NCBI RefSeq assembly: GCF_004010195.1
Contig: NC_057756.1
Span: forward strand, 7,067,095 to 7,094,618
Source of the DNA: Chiloscyllium plagiosum
Lineage: Eukaryota
Direction: 5' to 3'
DNA: 27,524 nt
A model generated the notes under the pieces. The model had not been told where the DNA came from, searched no databases, and saw only the letters and a program-made list of their open reading frames with translations. This document shows, piece after piece, positions 1 through 12,039 of this stretch. Every line of letters starts with the position of its first letter. Within the stretch, counting starts at the first letter, position 1. Position numbers and translations under genes: made by a program.

Positions 1-851
1 ATTTTGTAGATAAACCATCCTGACCTCCTCGATTAGATTTCAATGATTAACTCAATCCCATGTATATGTGAGTCTGTGTATAAAACACCACAAAACCTTC
101 AATTATATTGCACTTGGTGACTCACTCCTGGTTATTCATTATTCAACATAAACAGCACCACGAACCTCTTCCAGCCTATAACTTATTGCCTGATATCTGT
201 TAATCCATAATTAAACCATCCTGAACCAAGCAATCTGATTCCAGTGTGTCACTCACTAAACTCTCATGTTAAGTTCATGTTCTTAACACAATCTCCTGGC
301 AAGAAAGGTCAATGTATCACTTGTCCTCCTATCTACTGGCACTACCATCTCTGTGACCTTTCTGACATTTACGTACAAGATCAGCCAAACCCCCTGGACA
401 AAAATGTTTCCGAATTTCTCACCATTTTAAACGCAAAAATTCCACTTTTTGTATTCTTCCTGCAAATCACATTCCACTACACTGTAGTCTACCTGTCAAT
501 GTTTTAAATATAACTCACACAACATAAAACAGCAAAGTAGATTATATGATGGGATGTAGCCAACTGTATTACACTCAGTACCTTCGTGTTGCACTGTCAT
601 AATATCCAGTCATAAACCTTCTGGGTCTGAAAGTGTGGACTGGGCAGGGAACAAGGATTTTAAGCTGTCACTGAGTTAGTTTGGAAATCTGTGCTGCACA
701 TGGACATTGCTCCACAATATATTCCATCTGCCAATGACTTGCCCACTCAGTGAAGCTATCCATGTCGGGTCACAGCCTCTTTTCTCACCCCGCGCCCCCA
801 CAGCTTTCTCTCCCACCTAGCATGAGTCTTGTCAGTGACCCTGGAGACATC

Positions 852-906
852 ACATAGAAACATAGAAGATAGGAGCATGAGGAGGCCATTCGGCCCCTCA
901 AGCACA
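852..906 (-). mobile_element. Short CR1-type LINE 3' tail
   Basis: Reverse complement reads ...gaggggccgaatggcctcctcatgctcctatcttctatgtttctatg. The same tail type occurs at 5753-5837 and 8420-8510. Confidence 0.6.
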
Positions 907-907
907 T

Positions 908-1307
908 TCATAGAGTCATAGAGTCATAGAAGTGCACAGCATGGAAACAGACCCTTCGGTCCAACTTGTCCATGCCGACCAGATATCCCAACCCAATGTA
1001 GTCCAACCTGCCAGCACCCAGCCCATATCCCTCCAAACCCTTCCTATTCATATACCCATCCAAATGCCTCTTAAATGTTGCAATTGTACCAGCCTCCACC
1101 ACATCCTCTGGCAGCTCATTCCATACACGTACCACCCTCTGCATGAAACAGTTGCCCCTTAGATCCCTTTTATATCTTTTCCCTCTCACCCGAAACCTAT
1201 GCCCTCTAGTTCTGGACTCCCCGACTCCAGGGAAAAGACTTTGTCTATTTATCCTATCCATGCCCCTCATAATTTTGTAAACCTCTATCAGGTCACCCCT
1301 CAGCCTC
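908..1307 (-). mobile_element. CR1/HER1-type LINE 3' end (ORF2 C-terminus + 3' UTR)
   Basis: Minus ORF ...SRTRGHRFRVRGKRYKRDLRGNCFMQRVVRVWNELPEDVVEAGTIATFKRHLD is a typical CR1 ORF2 C-terminus. It ends in (TCTATGAC)n repeats. Confidence 0.9.
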
Positions 1308-1688
1308 NNNNNNNNNNNNNNNNNNNNNNNNNNNNNNNNNNNNNNNNNNNNNNNNNNNNNNNNNNNNNNNNNNNNNNNNNNNNNNNNNNNNNNNNNNNNN
1401 NNNNNNNNNNNNNNNNNNNNNNNNNNNNNNNNNNNNNNNNNNNNNNNNNNNNNNNNNNNNNNNNNNNNNNNNNNNNNNNNNNNNNNNNNNNNNNNNNNNN
1501 NNNNNNNNNNNNNNNNNNNNNNNNNNNNNNNNNNNNNNNNNNNNNNNNNNNNNNNNNNNNNNNNNNNNNNNNNNNNNNNNNNNNNNNNNNNNNNNNNNNN
1601 NNNNNNNNNNNNNNNNNNNNNNNNNNNNNNNNNNNNNNNNNNNNNNNNNNNNNNNNNNNNNNNNNNNNNNNNNNNNNNNNNNNNNNNN
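1308..1688. other. Assembly gap
   Basis: Run of N. Confidence 0.99.
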
Positions 1689-2075
1689 GGCTGGGGGGGG
1701 GGGTGACCTTATAGAGGTTTATAAAATTATGAGGAGCATGGATACGGTAAATAGACAGAGTATTTTCTCTCGTGTGGTGGAGTCCAGAACTAGAGGCATA
1801 GGTGAGAGGGGAAAGATATAAAAGAGACCTAAGGGGCAACATTTTCATACAGAGGGTGGCACGTGTATGGAATGAGCTGCCAGAGGAAGTGGTGGAGACT
1901 GGTACAATTGAAACATTTAAAAGGCATTTGGATGGGTATATGAATAGGAAGGGTTTGGAGGAATATGGGCCAGGTGCTGGCAGGTGGGACTGGATTGGGT
2001 TGGGATATCTGGTCGCATGGACGGGTTGGACCGAAGGATCTGTTTCCGTGCTGTATACTCAATGACTCTATTCTG
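1689..2075 (+). mobile_element. CR1/HER1-type LINE 3' end
   Basis: RDLRGNIFIQRVARVWNELPEEVVETGTIETFKRHLDGYM, then the 3' UTR and an atgactctattct tail. Same family as 908-1307, opposite strand. Confidence 0.9.
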
Positions 2076-2219
2076 TATGAGACATGTGCTGAGAGAGAGG
2101 GAGATAGTGATATCGTACATGGGAAGGAGAAAGAAATTGTGAGATTTTACATGAGAGAGAGAAAAACAGTGAGATCGTGCATGAGACAGAGATAGAAAGA
2201 GAGTTTGTACGTGAGAGAT
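2076..2219. repeat. Degenerate ~30-bp purine-rich tandem repeat
   Basis: About 4-5 units resembling gtgagatcgtgcatgagagagagaaaaaca. Confidence 0.55.
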
Positions 2220-2479
2220 TCACCTTCCCTAACACTGAGGGGCTCCTGTATCACACACCGGAATGAAATCAGACGCTGTGTTTAGGGGCAGGACATGGCT
2301 GGTGTAATTAGAACATCTGTTCATGAGGATGCTCAGAACCAGGAATCCAGCAGAGAATGACAACAGAACAGAGAGGATCAAACAAAGAACTTTGTATTGA
2401 ATTAGTGGAAGTGTAGAGTAGAGAATGTAGAGTCAGTGATGTACTGAACCTGTTGTACCACGGTTGAGAGTTCAGGACT

Positions 2480-2675
2480 GTATCTTTATTTGTATCTGTA
2501 TGTGGGGGGGTGTGATGGAGACAGTTTAAACTTGGCTTACTCTGAGCCTCTGCTTGGGGAATGCCTATCCTTCATATATTTGACTGCAACATCATAGAGA
2601 GGTCTCCCCATGCTGTACCTGTTCTGGGAGTCATTAATGCAGACAGTGTCGAGACAGCTTTACTCTGTACCTCCC
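2480..2675 (+). repeat. Degenerate copies of a ~70-bp shark-type tandem repeat
   Basis: gctgtacctgttctgggagtcattaatgcagacagtgtcgagacagctttactctgtacct resembles the GCTGTACCTG..GGGAGTGTTTGATGGGGACAGTGTAGAGGGAGCTTTACTCTGTATCT unit. Recognised from memory only. Confidence 0.4.
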
Positions 2676-3364
2676 CCCATTAAACAGGACATATCACTGG
2701 AATGTGCAGATGGTACACAAATTGCCAATGGAGTATACAGGGAAGAGCAGTAAACTTTCAGTGGATACAAGCAGGTGCTGTTTACTATCGTTGGGAAGAT
2801 GTCTGAGGATGAAAGTGGTCCACAGGATTGCTGATATCATCTCAGTAAAACACTCACAGAGAGACCTCCTTCCTGTTGTTGGCCAATTAATATGAAGCAC
2901 AGAATTCCAGCGAAATAGGCATGTGAGGGCTGAGGGCTTTCTCTGTTTGTCATAAAGAGCAAAATGGTCACCCAATGTCCTTGGGGGAAGAGGTCTGGCC
3001 TGGATTTCACCCAAATCACAGCCTGACACTGCAACCCCACAAAGTAACTGAGGGATGGACATTTATAAAACACATTCCATGCCTTCAGTGTAATCTCAAA
3101 CTGGGTTCGAGGGAATGGAGCAGTTTTGTAGTGTCCTCAGTGTGTGATTGGGGGAATAGGGAAACTAATTTCTGAGGCAGATAGCCATAGAGTTACAGAC
3201 ACAGATACAGAGCCAGAGACACACAGAGACAGGATGGGAGTGTCCTGGAGATGTTTCAGAGCTCACTCTGAGACAGATATGAGTTATACAGTAGCAGATG
3301 GGAGTGAATTATTCGCTGATACCCACAGTGCGCTGGACACAGTCTCTGTGAATGACTGAGATGA

Positions 3365-3535
3365 TGGGATCCCATGTTCCATTTACTGATAATACAAAGT
3401 GATGTGGGACAGTAAAATGCAAGGCGGACGCAGAAAGGCTGGGAAGGGAGTTGGACAGGTTCAGTGAGTGAGTGAGTAAGACATCGTCTTTGCAGTATCA
3501 CAGAGGGAAGTGGGAGGCTTTGTTCCTTCATTTTA
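3365..3535 (+). mobile_element. Highly decayed CR1 RT fragment (FADDTK region)
   Basis: tttactgataatacaaag...ggacaggttcagtgagtg...gggaagtgggagg parallels the FADDTK..L..W...W.M..N..KC.V segment at 13645-13790. Confidence 0.5.
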
Positions 3536-3834
3536 ATCTTGAAATGGTTTCAGGGTATTGTTAGAGTTTCTGACGTTGATTCTAATCTTGGACCCAGAAG
3601 CAGCAAGAAGCCTTTCTTTCTCTCTTTTTAAGCAGTTTCCATTATTGTCTCAAAAATGTTCATTCTCTCTGGTCCTGTTAAATCCGAGGGAGACAACCCT
3701 GGGTTTGGGTCATTTCCCTCCCTCCCCAATCACCCCTTGCTCTCCAGCTATCATTCTGGTGAAGCTGTACTGCAGTCAGATACACACACACTCCCCAACT
3801 CCCCACTCTTTCTTGCCTTTCCCTATTTGTAACA

Positions 3835-5745
3835 AGAGAGACAGTGTGCGTGAACACGAGAGAGAGTATGTGCACAAGAGGAACAATGTGCGCAAGAGTG
3901 AGAGAGAGAAAGATAGAGAGTGTGTGTGTGGCGAAAGAGAGAGTGTGCATGTGAATGCAGGAGAGAGAGAGTGTGCGCGTGAACATGAGAGAGTGTGCAG
4001 GAATGCACAGGACAGAGTGTGCATGATTGTGTGTGTGAGAGAGAGAGAGTGGGCGTGTTAACCCAAGAGAGAGTGTGTGTGCAAATGTGAGAAAAAGAGT
4101 ATTCATGCGAATGTGTGAGAGAGAGTGCGCCCATGACTGCGAGAGAGGAAGTGTGTGTGAATGCGAGAGAGAGAATGTGCGCAAAAATGAGGAGAGTGTT
4201 TGCGAACCTAAGAGAGTGTGCATGACTGTGAGAGAGAGTGTGCAAAAATGCAAGAGAGAGAGAGCGAGGGTGTGTGCAAATGCGAGAGAGACTGTGCGTG
4301 AACGTCAGAGAGAGAGAGAGTGCGCACAAATGCAAGAGACTGTGTGTGCGAACGCAAGAGAGAGATTTAGTATGTGCGCAAGAGGAACAATGTGTGCATG
4401 TGTGAGACAGAAAGATAGTGTGTTTCAGTGTGCGAGAGTGAGGGAGAGTGTTTGAGCACGAGAGTGTGTGTAAGTGTGAGAGTGTGTGCATACGCAAGAG
4501 AGAGAATGTGCGTGAATGCCAGTGAGTGAGTGTGTGTGAAAGCAAGAGTGATTGTACACTAACGTGAGAGAGTGTGCAGAACACCTAAGAGAGAGTGTGC
4601 ATGAAAGTGAACGCGTGCACGAGAGAGAGTACGCGCGTGAATGTGAGAGAGAGTGCGCGCTAATGCAAGAGAGAGACTTTATGCAAACACGAGGAGAGTT
4701 TGCGCAAATGTGAGAGAGAATGTACGCAAATGTGAGAAAGAGTGCGCAAACATCAGAGACAGAGTGTGCGCAATGCAAGAGTGACAGTGTGAATGAATGT
4801 GCGAGAGACAGGGAATTTGAAGGAGAGTGTGTAAAAGTAAGAGCGTGTACGCAAACACGTGAGAGAGAGAGAGTGTGCACAAATGCAAGAGAATGTGTGC
4901 AAATACGAGGAGAGAGTTTGTGCAAAAACAAGAGAGTGTGTGCAAATGCGAGAGAGTGTGCGTGAACACGTGAGAGTGCGAGTGAACACGAGAGAGTGCA
5001 TGAACGCGAGAGTGCATGCACATGCAAGAGTGCGCACAAACGTAAGACAGTGTGTGTGCGAATGCAAGAGAAAGAGTGCATGAACACGAGAGAGAGTGAA
5101 TGTGTGTGCAAGAGGAACAATGTGTGCATGAGTGAGGGATAGAAAGAGAGAGTGTGAGAGTATGCACGAATGTGAGACAGAGCGTGCGTGAATGCGAAAG
5201 AGAGTGAGTGTGTAAATGTGAGAGAGAGTGCGCGTGAAGATGGGAGAGAGAATGTGCGCACATGCTAGAAAGTGTGTGCACAAATGCACATGAGAGTGAG
5301 AGAGTGCGCAAACGTGAGAGAGAGAGACAGTAGGAAGGAGAGAGTGTGTAAAAGCAAGAGTGTGTAGGCAAACATTGAGAGAGAATGTGTACAAACACAA
5401 GAGAGAATGTCGCGAACGTGAGAGTGTGTGTGCAAATGCGAGAGAGTGTGTGCGAACTCATAAGTAAACACAAGAGTGTGCGTGAACGTGAGAAAGTGTA
5501 CGCATGCACGCAAGAGAGAATGTGCACGAATGCAAGAGAGAGAGTGTGCATGAACATGAGAGAGTGCCTGAGTGAATGCGCAAGGTAGAGTGTGTGTGAA
5601 TGTGAGATCAAGTGGGCTTGTGAATGCGAGAGTGAGCATGTGAATGTGAGAGTGTGAGTGAGCGCAAGAGAGAGTGAGTGTGCACAAAAGCAAGAAAGAG
5701 AGTGTGCGCTAATACGAGAGAGACAGAGACTGTATGCAAACGTGA
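3835..5745. repeat. ~1.9-kb (GA)n/(GT)n compound minisatellite-like low-complexity tract
   Basis: Many ~20-24-bp variants of GAGAGAGAGTGTGCGCAAATGC. These generate the spurious H/T/L/S-rich and C/V/R/E-rich ORFs. Confidence 0.9.
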
Positions 5746-5752
5746 CACTGAT

Positions 5753-5837
5753 AAAGGATGATCAGCCATGATCATATTGAATGGTGGTGCAGGCTCGAAG
5801 GGCAGAATGGCCTACTCCTGCACCTATTATCTATTGT
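5753..5837 (+). mobile_element. CR1-type LINE 3' tail
   Basis: gatcagccatgatcatattgaatggtggtgcaggctcgaagggcagaatggcctactcctgcacctatt. Confidence 0.7.
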
Positions 5838-5840
5838 GAG

Positions 5841-6340
5841 NNNNNNNNNNNNNNNNNNNNNNNNNNNNNNNNNNNNNNNNNNNNNNNNNNNNNNNNNNNN
5901 NNNNNNNNNNNNNNNNNNNNNNNNNNNNNNNNNNNNNNNNNNNNNNNNNNNNNNNNNNNNNNNNNNNNNNNNNNNNNNNNNNNNNNNNNNNNNNNNNNNN
6001 NNNNNNNNNNNNNNNNNNNNNNNNNNNNNNNNNNNNNNNNNNNNNNNNNNNNNNNNNNNNNNNNNNNNNNNNNNNNNNNNNNNNNNNNNNNNNNNNNNNN
6101 NNNNNNNNNNNNNNNNNNNNNNNNNNNNNNNNNNNNNNNNNNNNNNNNNNNNNNNNNNNNNNNNNNNNNNNNNNNNNNNNNNNNNNNNNNNNNNNNNNNN
6201 NNNNNNNNNNNNNNNNNNNNNNNNNNNNNNNNNNNNNNNNNNNNNNNNNNNNNNNNNNNNNNNNNNNNNNNNNNNNNNNNNNNNNNNNNNNNNNNNNNNN
6301 NNNNNNNNNNNNNNNNNNNNNNNNNNNNNNNNNNNNNNNN
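5841..6340. other. Assembly gap
   Basis: 500 N. Confidence 0.99.
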
Positions 6341-7200
6341 ATTAATTTAGGATATCTGGTCAGCGTGGATGAGTTCGACCAAAGGGTATGTTTCCATGCT
6401 GTATGACTGTCAGCTCAATGCCTGTCAGAATGGTGATATGGTTCCAAGACAGTGTGTTGAGTGGCTTGGACTTGAGCTTGTAGCTTATTGTTTGCCTATT
6501 CTTTTTTTTCTCCTGGCCTTCAGATCATGGGTCTGGGAGGTGTTTACAGAGGACCCTCACTTTGGTACTGCATTTTGTCTTGTCCCAGTGCTATTGCAGG
6601 CATGTTAGATGGGTTCATGACCATTGCAATATCCTGTGCCTTCTGTCATTCCACGTGGGTTGAATCGAATTGGCTAATGGCTGATATTCATGATGCTGGG
6701 AATCTCAGGGGGCAGACCAAGATGGATCACCCACCTGGCACATTCTTCAGCCTCATCTTTTGGACTGATTGGCTGGAATCCCCAATCATTGAGGATGGCG
6801 GTGAGTGCTCCCTCCCAATTGCGTGTTTAATTATCGGCCCCCAGTCACAACTGGATGTGGAATGACCATTGTCAGATCACTTCACTCAACCTGGTGCAAG
6901 TTGATTTTTTTCACTGTTGAGCAATCCTGTGTGGTGACATTACTAGTCGAAGAGTGTGATGATGGAAAAGCGCATTCGTCAGGCAGCATCTGGGGAGCAG
7001 GAGAATCGACGTTTCTGGCATACGCCCTTCAACAGGAATGAGGCCTCATTCCTGTAATGTCAATTCTCCAGCTCCTCGGATGCTGCCTGACTGGCTGTGC
7101 TTTTCCAGCACCACACCCTTCGACTCTGGTTGACTTTGTTTTAGGTATGTCTGCTGCTCCTTGCTCGCTATCCTGCACTTCTCATTTCCCAGGTTTTATA
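6341..7200 (+). repeat. Copy 1 of an old local direct duplication (CR1 tail + spacer + decayed LINE fragment)
   Basis: Collinear with ~9890-10560. Shared anchors include ggatatctggtcag, aatggtgatatggttccaag, gggaggtgtttac, tcttgtcccagtg, gcaatatcctgtgccttc and gatggatcaccca. Confidence 0.8.
6945..7125. mobile_element. Penelope pseudo-LTR-derived fold-back insertion
   Basis: Diverged inverted arms around the perfect 24-bp palindrome acaggaatgaggcctcattcctgt (7032-7055). Related to 21626-21803 and 24379-24600, and absent from the paralogous copy near 10490. Confidence 0.7.
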
Positions 7201-7391
7201 TTGTCAATGATTAGAACCCATAGAGCTTTAAAACATTTAATTGAAATTTTGAACAACCACAACAAACAATTTTAGCAATATGTCATGTGCTGAAGAAATG
7301 GTGGTAAGGATTTCATTAGAGTATATAATGTACGTATGAATACCAAACTCTCTCCACAGTTTCAGGATGAGATCAACAAAAACTGAAACAA

Positions 7392-7760
7392 ACATAGAGC
7401 ATTCCAACTCGTCCCTGCTGACCAGGTATCCGAACCTAATTTTGTCCCATGATTCAACACTTGGCCCAAATCCCTTTTAAACACTTCCCTTTCATGTTCC
7501 CATCCATGTTGCAGTTTTCCCAGTCTCCACCATTTCCTCTGGCAGTTCATTCCATACATGCACCACCCTCTGCATGAAAATGTTGTCCCTTAAGTCCCTT
7601 TTTAATCTTTCATCTCTCACCTTAAACCTATGATCTCTGGTTGAGATAACCCTATCCCTGGGAAATAGATATTGGCTAATCACCCTATCCATGCCACTCA
7701 TGGCGTTATAAATCTCTATAAAGTCCCCCCTCAGCCTCTGATGCTCCAGGGATAAATTCC
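7392..7760 (-). mobile_element. CR1 LINE 3' end
   Basis: Minus ORF LEHQRLRGDFIEIY...RDLRDNIFMQRVVHVWNELPEEMVE. Confidence 0.85.
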
Positions 7761-7779
7761 CGTCGTATCTAGCCTTGAC

Positions 7780-8520
7780 TGAATGGGTGTGAATAGGATG
7801 GTTTCTGCTTGTGGGAGAATCTAGAACAAGGTGGTCGTTTTGTAAAAATAAGTGGGCACTCATTTAAAACAAAGAAGAGAAATCATTTTTATTCCCTCAG
7901 AGGGTTCTGTGTGTTTGCAATTCCCTTCCTCAAAAGGTCGTGGATGCAGTTGCTTTAAGTATTTTTCAGTCACAGCCAGATAAATTCTGGATTATAAAGA
8001 TAAAATTCATTGTTTCAATACAGTGTGGAAACAGGCCATTTGAACCAACAAGTCTACATTTGACATGCCGAAGTGTATCCCATCCAGACCGATTACCCCT
8101 AGCGTATTACTTTACATTTACCCAGACTACTGCACCTAACCTACACATCCCTGAACACTGTGGGCAATTTAGCCTGGCCAATTCACCTAACCTGCACATC
8201 TTTGGACTGTGGGAAGAGACCAAAGGAGCTAGGGGGGAGCCAGAAGAAGCCCACACCAACATAAGGAGAACGTGCAAGCTAAACACAGTTACCTGAAGCT
8301 GGAATTGAACCTGGGCCCCTGGCATGGCAAAGCAGCGATGCTAGCCACTGAACCACCATGCACCCCAAGGTGAGGTGGATTATCGGGAATATGCAGGAAT
8401 GCAGAATTGAGATTAACATCAGATCAGCCCATCGTCATCATGGAAGGCATAGCTGGTTTGAAGGGCTGAATGGTCTACTCTTGTTCCTTGTTTGGAACTT
8501 CTTCCTGATGTATGATTCAT
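7780..8520 (+). mobile_element. Older CR1 3' end interrupted by a SINE
   Basis: gggagaatctagaacaagg...ttcccttcctcaaaagg..gtggatgcag up to ~8000. It resumes at ~8368 and ends with gatcagcc...gaagggctgaatggtctactc. Confidence 0.65.
8010..8367 (-). mobile_element. HE1-type tRNA-derived SINE
   Basis: Reverse complement starts ggggtgcatggtggttcagtggctagc (A box) ... ggttcaattcc (B box), followed by the core cccacagtccaaagatgtgcaggttaggtgaattggcc. Confidence 0.85.
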
Positions 8521-8702
8521 TCTTATCTTGGTCTGTAAATCATTTCTTGAATATCTGTGAGTGAGAATCACAATTCCTCACATATCTAGTACAAGCATCC
8601 CATTTGGAATTTTCCATAAGCAATGCCAGTGTTTATCACCCATCCCTAATTTTCCAGATGGCTGTTCGGAGTCAACCACATTCTTATGCGTACGTCGGCA
8701 TG

Positions 8703-9227
8703 TCATAGTCATAGAGAGCTACAGCATGGAAACAGACCCTTCGGTCCAACCATTCCATGCCAACCAGATATCCCAACCCAACCTAGTCCCACCTGTCAGT
8801 ATCTGGTCCATATCCCTCCAAACCCTTCCTATTCATATACCCATCCAAATGCCTTTTAAATGTTGCAATTATACCAGCCTCCACCACTTCCTCTGGCAGC
8901 TAATTCAGTACATGTATCACCCTCTGTGTGAAAAAAGTTGCCCCTTAAGTCTCTCTTATATGTTTCCCCTCTCATCCTAAACCTATGCCCTCTAGTTCTG
9001 GACTCCCCCACCCCAGGGAAAACACTTTGTCTATTTATCCTATCCATACCCCTCATGATTTAATAAACATGGTTCTGTAAGGTCACCCCTCAGCCTCTGA
9101 CGCTCCAGGGAAATCACTCCTAGACTATTCAACCTCTCCCTATAGCTCAAATCCGGCAACATCCTTGTGAATCTTTTCTGAACTCTTTCAAGTTTCACAG
9201 TATCTTTCTGATAGGAAGGAGAGCAGA
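8703..9227 (-). mobile_element. CR1 LINE 3' fragment
   Basis: Minus ORFs SPSYQKDTVKLERVQKRFTRMLP...ERQRLRGDL and ESRTRGHRF, with an (ctatgac)n tail. Confidence 0.9.
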
Positions 9228-9231
9228 TGGT

Positions 9232-9960
9232 CAATGCGAGGTGTTGCATTTTGGTAAGGGCAAATCAGTTCAGGACTTGTAGACTTAGTGATATTGCCCT
9301 AGAGAGTGACCTGGGCATATAGGTTCTAGGTTTCTTGAAGCTGGAGTTGCCGGTTGATAGACCAGTGAAGAAGGCATTCGCTCGGCTTGTCTTTAGAGGC
9401 CAATGCATTCGGTTTTGGAGTTAGAAGGTCATGTTGCATCTGTGCAGCACATTAGTTAGGCCACTTCTGGAATGCTGCATTCAATTCTGGTCTCCCTGCT
9501 TTCAGAAATATGTAGTTAAACTTGAAATGGTGCAGAAACGATTTATGAAGATGTTGGGGTTGGCGGCTTTCAGCTATAGATACTGAATAAGCTGGTCTAC
9601 GTTCTCTGGAGCATCGGAGGCTGAGGGGTGAATTGATAGTTTACAAAGTCATGAAGAGCATGGATAGGGTGAATAGACAAGATCTTTTTCTCAATTTTTA
9701 GGGGAGTCCAAAACTGGAGAGACCTAAGGGATAGATTTTTCACACCGAGGGCGGCGCTTGTATGGAATGAGCTGCCAGAGCAAGTGTTGGAGGCCTGTAC
9801 AATGACAGCATTTAACAGGCATTTGGGTGGGTGCATAAATAGGAAGGGCTGAGAAGGAGATGATCCAAATGCTAGCAAATGGGATGAGATTAAATCAGGA
9901 TATCTGGTCAGAATGGAAGAGTTGCACCAAAGGATCTATTTCCATGCTGTACAACACTGT
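9232..9960 (+). mobile_element. Decayed CR1 LINE 3' fragment
   Basis: gaggtgttgcattttggtaagg, ttagttaggccacttctggaatgctgcattcaattctggtctccc (LVRPLLECCIQFWSP), tggaatgagctgccagag and the 3' UTR. Confidence 0.85.
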
Positions 9961-10560
9961 CTGTAAAAATGGTGATATGGTTCCAAGTCAGTGTATTGCA
10001 TATCTTGAAGTTATTTGGTGCTGATTCTTTTCTTTTGCTTCCCCTGACAGTCTAGGTCATCAGTTGGGGAGGTGTTTACGGAGGAGTCTTGCATTGCATC
10101 TTGTCCCAGTGTTATTGCAGGCATGTCAGATGGGTTCATGACAATTGCAATATCCTGTGCCTTCAGACATTCCTTGGTGTCACATGGACTGAATCGAATT
10201 GGTTATTGGCTGACATCCGTGATGATGGGAATCTCATTGGGAAGACTGAGATGGATCACCCACTTGGCACTTCTGGCTGAAGTTGTTGCAGATGTTTCAG
10301 CCTCATCTTTTGGACCTGATGAGTTGGTATCCTCCAGTCAATGAGGTTGAAGGTGATTGACCTCCCCCAATTAATTGTTTAATTATCCACCGCCAATCAC
10401 AACTGAATTTGGAACGACTGTGTAGGATTACTTAACCCTGCTTGTTGTGCGTTGATTTTCCCTCAGTTGAGCAACCCTGTGTCGTGACATTAGTAAATTA
10501 CTTCCTTGTTTTGAGTATGTTTGGTGTTGCTCTGTGGTAGCCCTCCGACACTTCTCATTT
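9890..10560 (+). repeat. Copy 2 of the local direct duplication
   Basis: Collinear with 6341-7200, lacking the 6945-7125 insertion. ORFs 6488 and 10072 share GFMTIAISCAF. Confidence 0.8.
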
Positions 10561-10616
10561 GAAGCGATTTGATAATGCCAACACAGTCAGTTCTTCTATC
10601 ACGCAATGGTTACATT

Positions 10617-11300
10617 CGTCATAGAGATGTACAGCACAGAATCTGACCCTTCACTCCAACTTGTCCGGGCTGACCCGATATCCTAATCTAATCCCATATG
10701 CCAACACTTGACCCATTTCCCTCTCAACTCTACCTATTCATGTATGCAACCAGATGCCTTTTAAATGTTGTAATTGTACTAACCTCCACCAATTCCTCTG
10801 GCAGCTCATTCCATGCACGCACCACCCACTGCATTTCCCCCTAGGTTCCTTTTAAATCTTTCCCCTCTCACCCTAAACTTATACCCTCTCGCTCTGGACA
10901 CCCCACCCCAGGGAAAAGGCCTTGTCTGTTTATCCTATCCATGCCCCTAATGATTTTATGAACCTCAAGAAGGTCTTCCCTCAGCCTCTGACACTCCAGG
11001 GAAAACAGCCCCAGCCTATTCAGCCTTTCCCTACAGCTCAAATCCTCCAACCCTGGCAACATCCTTGTTAATCTTTTCTGAGCCCTTTCAAGTTTCACAA
11101 CATCCTGCCGATAGGAGGGAGACCAGAATTACACACACTATTCCAAAAACGGCCTAATGAATGTCCTGTACAGCCACAACATCATGTCCCAACTCCTAAA
11201 ATCAATGCTCTGACCAATAAAGGAAAGCATACCAAATGCCGCCTTCACGACGCTATCTACCTGCAACTCCATTTTCAAGGAACTATGAACCTGCACCCCA
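10617..11300 (-). mobile_element. CR1 LINE 3' fragment
   Basis: Minus ORF KLERAQKRLTRMLPGLEDLSCRERLNRLGLFSLECQRLREDL followed by the 3' UTR. Confidence 0.9.
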
Positions 11301-11659
11301 TTCTTGTGTAACTCCATGGTATAGAAAAATCACACTTCAGGGACAGCGCTGAATGTGTTGGTGCCAATCGGTGCAGCCAACACACACTTTAAAACTTCAC
11401 ACTGTAGAAAGTGTCCCCAATTCTTCAATCATGTTAGAGTGAATTTGTGTTGATGAAACACTTGTTATATCAGAACAACCAGTAATTGGCCCCTGAGGGA
11501 AGAGAAAATCAATTGAGATTTTGGGCAAAAAAAGAACAAACCATTTGAAGAAATGGTTGTGAGGAATTGTTAAGAGGTTGACGCACCACTAATATACCTG
11601 CGTAATATATGTATTAATAGCAAATTCTCTCAACAGTTTAAAGATCAGGTCATCAAAAA

Positions 11660-11765
11660 CTGAAACACAGAAAGCATTGCAGAAGCTCAATAGGTCTGGC
11701 AGCATCTGTGGAGAGAGAAACGCCATTAACATTGAGTCTAATGTGACTTATCTTCACCACATCAA
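11660..11765. mobile_element. Short Penelope pseudo-LTR-like repeat remnant
   Basis: gctcaataggtctggcagcatctgtggagagagaaac; a similar remnant lies at 24700-24785. Confidence 0.45.
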
Positions 11766-12039
11766 AATCTGAACAATGTGACAGCCTTGTGAAGTTTACA
11801 AGGGATTTGGTGTCCCACAGTGTCACTAACACCTGAAGGGAGCTGTGGCGTGGGTAAGGCTTTCACTAAGAAACCCGTGGGATCTGTCTTGACAACATCT
11901 CCTATCATGTGACTTATCTGTTACTTGTGTTTGCCTCATGTTAGTTTTGATAATGTAGAACTTGTAACATGGCAATCTTTCCTTTTGTGTGTTTCTCAAG
12001 GAAGTAATCTCAGATTTTTTTTCCAGGGGACTAATATAC

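Noticed and set aside
1199..1848. ORFs spanning N runs (also 5758-6350 and 19529-20222)
   Set aside because: Gap artefacts.
2688..2776. Apparent phase-1 exon (GHITGMCRWYTNCQW...)
   Set aside because: The DNA matches a decayed CR1 FADDTKIG segment, and the donor is poor.
3558..5693. Long H/T/L/S-rich and C/R/E/V-rich ORFs (up to 310 aa)
   Set aside because: They are translations of the GA/GT low-complexity tract in several overlapping frames.
11341..11450. CXC-chemokine-like CWC...SC..EFV pattern after an acceptor
   Set aside because: It needs two frameshifts and a stop read-through, and no leader or third exon was found.
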